Shown piece by piece: positions 40,680 to 50,500 of a DNA stretch of 64,000 nt (position 1 is its first letter; each line of letters begins with the position of its first letter). The notes under the pieces are model-generated. The model did no database searches and was not told where the DNA came from. It worked only from the letters and a program-made list of their open reading frames with translations. Source of the stretch: Candidatus Poseidoniaceae archaeon (GTDB taxonomy: Archaea > Thermoplasmatota > Poseidoniia > Poseidoniales > Poseidoniaceae); assembly GCA_965662895.1 (NCBI GenBank), contig CBFIJH010000012.1:2491-66490 (forward strand). The letters run 5' to 3'. The position numbers were made by a program, and so were the translations under genes.

Positions 40680-40737
40680 TCAAAGTGTTTCTAATGGTTG
40701 CCATCGATTGACTAGCCTTCAAGGCGATTCATGCAGG

Positions 40738-41175
40738 TTACAAGGGACAAACAGTCATGAATCGCTCAAGCCTCTGGATTCGTCGCTGACCTTGTTCATC
40801 AACTTCCGCCATTGCATGGATTGCTTCCTCAATCATCGCATGTTGGTCAGGCTGAATGGAGAGTAAGCGACGAAGATGATCAAGCAGAGCCCACTCGTCC
40901 TCGGTAATGATTTCATCATCGAGAGCTGCAATCAATGCAGACTGGTATGTTGAGACGGTTCCCATTGTCAATTCGACCTCTTGAGATTCATCAAATGGAT
41001 TCAATTCTTCACCTCTTGCAATCGAAAGGCAAAGAGCTGTATCGCTAGGTTGGACTCCAAGTGTTGCACCAAGAACTCTGAGGATTGCTGCCTCATCATC
41101 GGTGACGATTGAATCTTCGAGAGCGGTCTCGACCAGTTGTAGGTAAAGTCGGTTTGCGGTGGTGTCTGCGAGCAT
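40738..41175 (-). CDS. TerB-like helical protein (two internal repeats)
   Basis: ALEDSIVTDDEAAIL...LGV and ALDDEIITEDEWALL...LSI. Confidence 0.65.
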   Translation of the reverse strand: MLADTTANRLYLQLVETALEDSIVTDDEAAILRVLGATLGVQPSDTALCLSIARGEELNPFDESQEVELTMGTVSTYQSALIAALDDEIITEDEWALLDHLRRLLSIQPDQHAMIEEAIHAMAEVDEQGQRRIQRLERFMTVCPL

Positions 41176-41223
41176 AAACGCAGGACTGTGCGTTAGGTTT
41201 TAGTATTACTCGTCCAAACTTAC

Positions 41224-41262
41224 TGTCATACAATTGTCATACAATTTGCAATACGGTTATAT
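41224..41262 (+). promoter_or_regulatory. Tandem TGTCATACAAT repeats plus a TATA box (TTATAT, 41257-41262) upstream of the RHH gene
   Basis: TGTCATACAAT x2 (41224-41245) followed by TTGCAATAC, in the divergent intergenic region. Confidence 0.6.
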
Positions 41263-41298
41263 GCTGGTTTGTTCTACCACTGACAACAGGGGAGCAAG

Positions 41299-41673
41299 AT
41301 GAGCGGCCAAAGCACACTCACATCGATTCGTCTCGATGCAGATACGTTGCAAGGTTTGGACATGCTCATCGGCCAGAGTGGATTGAACAATCGCTCGGAT
41401 GTCATACGACTTGCAATACAGCAACTCCTCAATGGTCAAGCAAAACTGCCAGGAATGAAAAGCGTCCGAATTCCAATCGGCCGACATATGGAGCGTCATC
41501 TCGCATCGTTGTACGAGATGTACGGCGTTTCTCACGAGCAAGCCGCTTCTGAAGGTTTGCTCCTTTACACACAGAAGAAATTGGCTGATGCCAAGATGCT
41601 TCAAAATGAACTCGATGAAGTCGTCACCGAATCACTTGGTGCGACTCAAAAAAGCAAGGAATACCACGAATGA
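41299..41673 (+). CDS. Ribbon-helix-helix (CopG/NikR-like) DNA-binding protein
   Basis: TSIRLDADTLQGLDMLI...NRSDVIRLAIQQLL; possible second RHH unit SVRIPI. Confidence 0.85.
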   Translation: MSGQSTLTSIRLDADTLQGLDMLIGQSGLNNRSDVIRLAIQQLLNGQAKLPGMKSVRIPIGRHMERHLASLYEMYGVSHEQAASEGLLLYTQKKLADAKMLQNELDEVVTESLGATQKSKEYHE

Positions 41674-41677
41674 AAAG

Positions 41678-41942
41678 CGGTGAGAGCAGAGAGGGGATGG
41701 GATGATTTGGCCAAATGAAGACAAAACGCTTCCTGAGGCCACCTTCAATGCTGTGCAAGATCGGTCCAACTTGCACGGCTTAGCAACCTTGCGGATACGT
41801 GCCCGTCGTGCACAACGTGACCATTGTGGCCCCCAACACCACAACCCCCACAGCCCCCCGGATGACGGTCGGGGGGACTCTGATTCCACACCCGTCTCTT
41901 GACGGTGGAAACCCCACACGTGTCGCGGCCCCCACTCCACGG
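41678..41942. ncRNA. Putative structured non-coding RNA of unknown class (strand uncertain)
   Basis: GC-rich intergenic region with several stems: GTGCAAG/CTTGCAC, CCCCCCG/CGGGGGG, TTCCAC/GTGGAA enclosing CGTC/GACG, GGCCAC/GTGGCC. No credible protein. Confidence 0.5.
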
Positions 41943-42012
41943 CACACTTGACACCAAACTGCGAATGCTTTCGACACGAATCCTTTAGAGGGGTCGTCAT
42001 TGCTCTCTCATT

Positions 42013-44121
42013 ATGTCAGGTGACGAATCCCCCGTTTTTTCGGATGAGATTCGTTATCTTGCGCATGAAGAGGCACGACCAGGTCAACTGGAAATGATTC
42101 ATGATTGTCTCGGCGCACTTCGTGCCGGAGGCCACCACCTTGCCGCCGCACCGACCGGTATCGGCAAAACAGCTGCAGCCTTGGCCGCAGCCATCGATGC
42201 TGCACGGACTGCAAATGGTCCGAGAACTATTTTCTTTCTGACATCTCGACAAAGCCAGCACAAGATCGTCGTCGATACCGTCCGACGAATTAATGCTCGA
42301 GGACCTGCTCAGGAGAAAGTTCGCCTGGTGGACATGGTCGGTCAGTCGAGTATGTGTGTTCAGCCCTTCGCCAAGGAATCTCCACCTCTGTTCTCTCTGC
42401 TTTGCAATCAGGCACGCTCGTCTCGTTCCTGCAAACCGTATCTGACGCAAGCCCCGGGGTTACGTCAACGAATTCTATCGGATCCGTTGCATGTCGATGA
42501 ACTTGTTCAAATGGCACAAACGCATTCTGAACACGGAGTTCCAACACTTACATGCCCTTGGAAAGCGGCACGAGAAGCAGTATCTTCTGCAGATGTCTTC
42601 GTTGGCGATTACAATCACTTGTTTGTGGATGCAGTTCGGGAAGCATCACTCAATGCGATGGAAGTGGATTTGTCCGATTTGATCGTCATTGTCGATGAAG
42701 CGCACAATCTACCTGACCGGATTCGAATGGGTATGGAGAGACGATTTACGCCGACCGTGGTTCGGAATGCAGTAATCGACCTTGAAGAGTACACGGAAAG
42801 GATGGCTGAATCCGCTGCTGCACTCGGAACCGATGGCCTGGTCCTTCAATCATCGCTCGCATCATGGGCACTTGATGTGATGAAAGTTTGTCGGGGTCGA
42901 ATGGCTGATTTGTTCAGAGACCTTCTCAGCGAACCCGCTGAATTTGAAGAACGACGTGTCGAAGTCGAGCGATTGAGGAACATATTCTTAGCCGCATGCG
43001 ATGAAGTAGAAGGGAAAATTGGTCAGCAACAACTGCAGCCCGAATCAACGCGTGTCATCGAATCACCTGGTGAGGGACTTGATCGCTTGAAGATCTTGCG
43101 TGATGTGCTGCTCGATGTTGAAATCAAAGTCGACACTGATGATGAGAATGCGAACATCGACATCGATGCGCACCGAATCGGGCACCTACTTGAGGATATG
43201 CTTCGCTTTGGGAAAAGCACTGCCCTCGTTTATGTTCATGATGCAAAAGGGAAGGAGGGGCGCATCACATCACACCTCCTCGACCCAGGTCTAGTCTCTG
43301 GGCCTGTTCTGAAGAAGTGTGCTGGCAGCATTTTGATGTCGGGTACGCTCTATCCTCCGAAGATGTATGCCGATCTCTTAGGAATTGGACAGCTGAAAAC
43401 AACCACTCGTCAATACGAATCTCCTTTTGCAAGTCAGCGTCGCCCAATCATCGTTGCAAAAGATGTAACGACTCGATACAAAGACCGCACCTATGCAAAT
43501 ACACAGCGAATTCGAAATCATATCCAAGCCCTGTGTGACTCATCCCCTGGCCATATAGCAGTTTTTACGCCATCCTATTCAATGCTCAATGAATACATCG
43601 GCGAAGGCCAATTCCATGGAGTCGTTGTTCGAATGGAAGACAGAACGTGGTCAAAACAAGATGTTGACCAGTTGCTCGATGTTTTGGAGGATGCGAAACA
43701 AGCAGGCCGACGTATTCTTCTTGCAGGTGTTTTTGGTGGTCGTCTCTCCGAAGGTATTGACTACCACAATGGACTCTTGGATGCTGTAGCGTGCATTGGG
43801 ATTCCAAACCCGCCTCCTTCAATCCACCAAAAGGCATTGCGCACCTACATTGAAGAACGATTTGGACGGGCAAATGCTTGGCGTTATGCCTCAACTCAGC
43901 CCGCAATTAACTCCATTCTTCAAGCAATGGGCAGGCCAATTCGAAGTATTGCCGATCGTGCACTCGTACTGCTCTTGGACAAGAGGAATACCGATCGTAC
44001 GTACATTGAATGCTATCCAAAAGACATACGGATGAACACAACGACAGAACCAGAAACAACGAAATCCTTCGCCCGTCGATTCTTCTCAAGGGTTCATCGG
44101 CAATCCGAAGGTTCATCATAA
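42013..44121 (+). CDS. XPD/Rad3/DinG-family Fe-S DNA helicase
   Basis: APTGIGKT, four Cys (MC, LC, SC, TCPW), DYNHLF, VDEAHNL, MSGTL, GRLSEGID, QAMGRPIR. Confidence 0.92.
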   Translation: MSGDESPVFSDEIRYLAHEEARPGQLEMIHDCLGALRAGGHHLAAAPTGIGKTAAALAAAIDAARTANGPRTIFFLTSRQSQHKIVVDTVRRINARGPAQEKVRLVDMVGQSSMCVQPFAKESPPLFSLLCNQARSSRSCKPYLTQAPGLRQRILSDPLHVDELVQMAQTHSEHGVPTLTCPWKAAREAVSSADVFVGDYNHLFVDAVREASLNAMEVDLSDLIVIVDEAHNLPDRIRMGMERRFTPTVVRNAVIDLEEYTERMAESAAALGTDGLVLQSSLASWALDVMKVCRGRMADLFRDLLSEPAEFEERRVEVERLRNIFLAACDEVEGKIGQQQLQPESTRVIESPGEGLDRLKILRDVLLDVEIKVDTDDENANIDIDAHRIGHLLEDMLRFGKSTALVYVHDAKGKEGRITSHLLDPGLVSGPVLKKCAGSILMSGTLYPPKMYADLLGIGQLKTTTRQYESPFASQRRPIIVAKDVTTRYKDRTYANTQRIRNHIQALCDSSPGHIAVFTPSYSMLNEYIGEGQFHGVVVRMEDRTWSKQDVDQLLDVLEDAKQAGRRILLAGVFGGRLSEGIDYHNGLLDAVACIGIPNPPPSIHQKALRTYIEERFGRANAWRYASTQPAINSILQAMGRPIRSIADRALVLLLDKRNTDRTYIECYPKDIRMNTTTEPETTKSFARRFFSRVHRQSEGSS

Positions 44122-44140
44122 TCAAGCAGGAGGAGAGAAC

Positions 44141-44593
44141 ATGAGCGAGTGGAAGCGCCTTGCATTGACTGATGATAACGAAGAGAGGATAAATGAAAAA
44201 GACCTGTCTTCAACACCACAATCCTTGCACGAAGAATTCCAACAAGAAGCCCATCATCTTCATGAAGTCCAAGCAATGCATACCCATGTTCTGGTTCAAG
44301 CAGGAATGCTGCCGGAAACTCACGTCGCTGAAGTTGAGCCATCCCAGAGGTTGGATTGGATTTTGCACGAATTGCACGGTATGCGAGATCCTGATGGACT
44401 CACAATTCCTTTGAAGGGTGTTTCATCACAAGACGTTGAAATCAGCATTCAGAACAACGATTCTGAAACCAGTGTGAAGATAACCATCCACGAAGAAGGC
44501 CATCAACCTCTTGAGCGCATCCTACCAATATTAGGTGAAAACCTTGACGTTCGGGCTCATTTTGTTAACGGCCAATTGCGTCTTCGCTGGTGA
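44141..44593 (+). CDS. Hypothetical protein (weak alpha-crystallin-like C-terminus)
   Basis: GGAGG SD upstream; ends AHFVNGQLRLRW. Confidence 0.6.
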   Translation: MSEWKRLALTDDNEERINEKDLSSTPQSLHEEFQQEAHHLHEVQAMHTHVLVQAGMLPETHVAEVEPSQRLDWILHELHGMRDPDGLTIPLKGVSSQDVEISIQNNDSETSVKITIHEEGHQPLERILPILGENLDVRAHFVNGQLRLRW

Positions 44594-44597
44594 TTCT

Positions 44598-47500
44598 TCA
44601 GTACTTTTTGTAACTGAGTTCAGTAATCATCTTGTCCAATGCACCTTGTGCGGATTGCTGATGCGAAGGACCCAACTCTTCACGACTGTATCGAGCCATT
44701 TCGAACATATTGTCCAGTGATTCAAGTGCTTCATCGCTAATGCCTGGTGTTGCCTGACGGATAGCAACCTCAAACTCACGAACCGTCTCGAAATCACGTC
44801 GGAGAAGTCCACGGGTTTGCAGTGTCGAACAGAGGTTCTGATAACAATTGAAAATTGATTCACGAATGGCATCACCCGCTGCAAGAAGTTCCGCGGTGTA
44901 TTCAAACACTTCAGCCATCTCCGAAAGCAATTCATTCTGACGTCGTTGTCGATAAAGCACTGTACCGAGTGCAATTGCGGCTGCAACAAACACCAGTGCA
45001 ACGTAGGTCCAAGGGCTCACTTCAGAGGCCTCTGCCTCGAATTGGTAATTTGGAGTGAATCCAGCATCGCGTTGACTCTCAAAGATGTCAAGTGTTTGGT
45101 CGGAAAGTCTTGGATCAGTAATCAGAATATCCAAACGAACTTGACCAAACACGGAAGCGTCACCATACGGAGGATCACTGTTGAAGGCAAAGCTAGCAAT
45201 TCCCTCTTCATCCGAGAGTGATGTCATTGCAGCGAGCTGCGTGCCGTTCTCAGCATAGAGATAGAATTCAACCGCAATGCCTGCGAGACCGGTTTGGGTA
45301 TCAACCGCAGTGATTGTAACACGACCATCGACTTTTTCATCGACATTTTCTTCAATTGTATCAACGAAGATTTCGATGTCAGCATTGACTTTAATGTAGA
45401 TTGGATGTGATTCTGATGCGGCGTTGAAGTAAAGCGAAGAATCTCGAGGAACATCAAGGCTGATGAATTGAGCGCCCGGCAGCAGTGTTTTCGGTGAAGT
45501 TGCACGTATCGAGAAGTTGCCAATATCCCAATCAACAGTCACTTCTTCGAAGCAAACAGCACCTTCGAAATTGTTGACACAGTTTGAGCCGTTTCCGACA
45601 TACACAACAATATCTTCGAACACCTCACCGATACCACCAATTTCTGCAACGCTACCGGTTAGACGGATTTGGTTGCTCGGGTCTGAACGAACAGATTGAG
45701 ACGACGATGTTGAATCGATGGTAATGACAATGTCCGACCAAACAGTTACTGTTCCATTCGTCGTTGTACTCAAGTGTTCTTGGGTACCCTCGAACACGAG
45801 TTGGATGGTATGACCATTTCCTCGCTCAAGTTCCATGTTTGCATAGACCTGGCCAGAGAACGAACCGTCGCTTCCTGTTGTCAAGGTTGAGATGTAGGTT
45901 CCATCAAGGTAGACGAGGACACTCTCTCCATCAATACCATCCTGATCAACAGAATCGATGTCGTACAGGCGACCACTAAATGTCCAGAAATCACCACGTG
46001 TTGCATCGACTCCATCATCGAAATCAAGATTCATTGCGGACCGATGAGCCAAGAAGAAGGTCTGATTTGCTGACCCTTCTCGGTAGTAACCTTGTGCGAG
46101 AACATTCGCCTCGAGCAGGTTATCACCGAAATTGAAGAATTCTTGCACTGTCCAATCGTAACTGAACGTTCCGTCTGCTCCAGTCGTAACTTGAGTGAGA
46201 ATGAATCCATCAACGGTGAGTTCGACAACATGCCCTTCGATTGGTTGCAACTGGTTGTCTGAAACGCTTCCAGTAATCAAAGTCGTATCGGTCACAGCAA
46301 GTGGAGATGGGACGGATACTGTCACGAGAATTTGACTGTAAACCGTCCATGTTCCACTGGCCTCACTTGGTAGATAGAACACCGATCCATTAAATCGGGT
46401 TTCCAGTGAAAGAGGACCCAAATCTGCGTCCGCTGGTATTGGAATGATGGCGGTGAACAAACCTGTTTCATTGGTCGTCACATCGGTCATCCAGACTCCG
46501 CCAAGATAGATGTCGATACTAAGATCTTGCAATGGGTTGTCAACCACGTCAAGTAGACGACCCTGAATCGTCATTGTGTCCTCTCGGTCGACCTCACCTG
46601 TCGCAGTGATGAGGAGGATTTGTGTAGGAACACTAACGTTGAAGTCCACTGTTGCACTACTCGGCATGTAGAATTCCGGATCGACGGAGTCACCAATTCC
46701 TACAGGATCAACCCAATCACGACCGCCCGTAAACCGCACTTCAACCATGTGTGGGCCAGAAGTTGTCGATTCTGGAACAAGGTAAGAAATCGCATAGGCA
46801 CCGGTCATCGCATCTGTCTGAACACTCGCAACAGGTACACCATCGATGAAAAGACGAGCAATTGCAACAGATTCGACACCATTGACGTAAAGAGGCATGT
46901 CGAGATCGTCCAGAAGCGTTCCATTAACGTACAACATTTCACCCGCAACCAAGGATTCAGTATGATTTAGGATGGTCATATTGGTTTGCGATAATGTCAC
47001 GAATTCAGTTGAAGTGTTGTATCCAATGAGTCCCGTCGTACCAGGTATACCATTGTAGGATGCCAAAACATCATGGATACCCACCGAAGCATTGAATGGA
47101 ACAAGAAGGCTTCCGACCGCCGTTCCGTTCGCAAGAGTGGTTACGGTTACTGAGACCTCATCGGTGGCATTCGTCGCCGGCAATGAAAGTGTGACCTGCT
47201 GTCCATCAATTGGAGCGCCGGTGTTGTCTTCAAGTAAAATTCGTACATCGAGAAGGTTCCCACGAATCGTCCTGTCATTCAACGAAGGCTGACCCAAGGC
47301 ATCGAGTGCTGGTTGAATAAAGAGAATCGATGAGAATCCTCGACTGTCGAAGGTTGAATTGTTCTTTGATCCGATGTAAAAATTGACCGTTGGAACAATG
47401 GATGCTTCGAGGATGTGCGTGCCTGCAACGAAACTCGGAGTTAGAGTGATGGTTGCATTCCACCAACCACCGTCTTGTACCGAACCATTGCTGACAGCGA

Positions 47501-50500
47501 AACCAGCCGGTAGATCATCGATTGTAAACAACACATTCGTGATGAGACGAGAACCATCTCGGTTCATCAAACCACTTCCATTGTCCGAAACAACACGACC
47601 GGAGACGTTGAAACTCGAACCGGCGACTGGATTGTCCGTTATTTGATCAACCACCATGAACGTAAGTGCACGTACCGTTACACTGCTCAAGTTCGACTGG
47701 GATGGAAGCAAATCCGAACTTCCATTGTAGTAAAAACTGACAACAATCAGTCCAAGTGGATGACTGGATGGAATTGCGAACGATGTGTTTGCAGTACCAG
47801 AACCATCGGTCTGAACTGTTGGAATCCATGTTTCGTGGAATTTTGTTGTAACATCTCGATTCGCGAGCGGTTGGAAATTAAAACTTGATTCGACCAACGT
47901 TGCACTCAAATTCACCGTCTCGCCTCGATTGATAAGAACCGGATTGCTTGGTTGAAGGCCTTCCAACTGGGTCACTCCGAACACAAAGACTGCAGAAGAT
48001 ACGTTCGAAGGCAAGTAGTACGGTGAAGAGTCTTCTACCACCTGGACAACAAGTGTACGTGGTCCACGAACCGTTCCGTTGTTTGAGGTATCTGTTGGCA
48101 CAGAAAGATTGAAACTGCCATTGGAAAGGGTTGGAACTCCACTTCTCAGCAACTCTTCTGGATTTGATTGCCAATAGACATCGAGGCGAACCCCTGAGAT
48201 GAGAGCACGTGTGTTGTCATCATCATCAAGAATTTGTCCTTCGAGAGAGAACGGGACTCCAGCGGTGATCGTTGAAGGCAAATTATCAATTCGGATATCG
48301 GTTGGAACTTGAACTGTGACATCAACGAGTGTGCTGTTCCCAGTGCGTCGGCTGTTGCCCTCGGCTAACGGGTCTGTGAGGTCATCCGCAACGAGTATTT
48401 GCAGGACATAATCGCCCGGAGCGAGATTGGAGGTTAACCATGTGAACGATGCGTTTCCTTCTGCATCGGTTACTGCAGTACCTATCGATTGGTTTGTATT
48501 CCCAAAGTCCCAGATGTATTGAACTGTAACACCTGAAATATTCGATTGGTCAGCAACATCAAACACCGTTGCATTTAACGGGACTTCTTCACCGGCTACG
48601 AAATTAATCGGGTTGCGATCGGATTTGACGACAAATTCGGATTCAATTCCAATGTTCAGCCCTGGAAGTGTTGGTGGATTCGGAGGTACTGAGCTGTCAA
48701 CCAGGCGATAATATGCGCCTCCGTCTGGTGCCATAGCATCGAAATCGAAAATCATAGCCGCAAAGTACGTATTTGAGGGCAAATTGGTCGGCATAACCAC
48801 TGAAAGATTAAATTCACCAGTTGAGTTGTTCAGCATTCCACTGGCCAAGTCCACCGGCAAACCATCGGAAGTAACCAATGTTGCAGCGATAATCGTATCG
48901 TTTCCAAGAACACGCTCGGCTGTGTATTGAGCATCAAAAATATCACCGACAATGTACGTCGTATTGCCTAAGTGTGTCCAATCTTGTACAAGGCTCAGGT
49001 TCCACCCGACTTCGGCTTGGACACGGATTGAACCTGATGCGTTCGCAGGTTGGTACAGGTTTGACCCATTGAACTGAATGTCGAAAGGATAGTCGCCTGC
49101 CCGCAGTGTAGAATCGAGTAGCCAAGACACAGAAACAAGGGAAGATGGAGGATCGGTCGTCGTATTCACCCATGTTCCATCAAATGTGAAGGAGTAGTTT
49201 CCTGGAACCGTAAGTCCAACCTCTGCGCCGAGGTGGTCCGACAACTGAACGAGGATATCAGTCGGCTCGCCCCTCAATTGCGGAATAGCAATGATTTCGA
49301 AGTTCAAAAGTCCAACAAGGGTAAACGGTTCTGATACGCTGAGATTCGCATCGTCAGTCGATTCGTAGAGGTCAGGATAGAAACGTAATCGAACTTCAAG
49401 TTCGCCTGCTGCGACGCTAATGTTCGAAGCGTTGAGATAATGTTGAATGTTGAAATTGCCATTAATTGAGCGATTGAAGACTTCAGTCCAACCTACACCC
49501 GTATTGTTTTCTCGTATTGAAAGGGACAAATCACCGCTCATCCCTGTTGGAGACGGGCCAATGGTCAAAGCGCTACCGTTGACCCAGATCGTATCATTGA
49601 GGAGCAGAAGACTTGAGTTTGTACCAGGCCCTTCCAGCGTTGCAGTTAGATTTGGCGCATCACGCACATCAAGAACAAACGGCTGATCTGATGGAAGTAG
49701 GTGATGAGCAGGACTAGGAATACCGTCTGCAGTTTGAACCCATCCAGCGTATCCCAATGTAGCGCTGAGGTTGGTTTTGGTTTCCAATTCATCCAATGAG
49801 ACTTCAAGTGACCATGTTCCTGCAGAAGATACCTGCGCAGTGAGATTTTGGGCTCCATCAACAGAGGATACAAACGAAAGCCAAACCGTTGAATTTTCAA
49901 GGAGTGGAGAGCCGAAGTATGGTTCATTTTCAAGGCCGATGAAACCTTCGATAATCGTGGTCGCTCCTGCTCCAACGATCGGTGCATCAACAGCACCAGG
50001 TGACGTATGGTTGAGTGTAGAGTCATCGGTGACATTGAACCACCACGAATTCGATGGACCTGTTGCGGTTGAATTCGGAGTAAGAATCGTCTGACTTGAG
50101 ACGTACCCGCGTTCTTCCAATTGCAGCAAGATAGCACCAAATCCGGGTTGGATAATTTCATCAGGCGCACCTTCAATCGAGAAAAATCCGTTCGGATCTG
50201 TGGAGTTAATCTCGATCAGACGTTCCGGAGTTCCCAAGCCGGAAACCCCTTCAAATGCATCAACTAATGGAACGAGGTAAGCACGTACAATGTGGTCTTC
50301 GATAGCGGTTTGGTTTTCCAAGAAGACGAGATTACCAGCGATTGTTATGTTCCCATCCGTTCCATCCCTATCGTAGTTTGTCGGCGTGTAAACAACATTT
50401 CGCACGTCGATTTCTTCAGCATCTGGGCAGGGGTCAAAGGGGACCCATCCAAAGTCCAAGCCACCTGAGGAAGCGGATTGTTGCAAACGGACTTCACCCC

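Noticed and set aside
41678-41942. RNase P RNA or SRP RNA
   Set aside because: The minus-strand GAAGGTGG...CCACC pairing hints at P4, but the conserved GAGGAA, ACAGAA and UGAAAC elements and the SRP54-binding loop are missing. Left unassigned.
41632-42000. Short ORFs (122, 66, 70 and 65 aa) in the RHH-helicase gap
   Set aside because: Their composition is atypical, they have no motifs, and they overlap strong stem-loops. They are likely by-products of GC-rich structured sequence.
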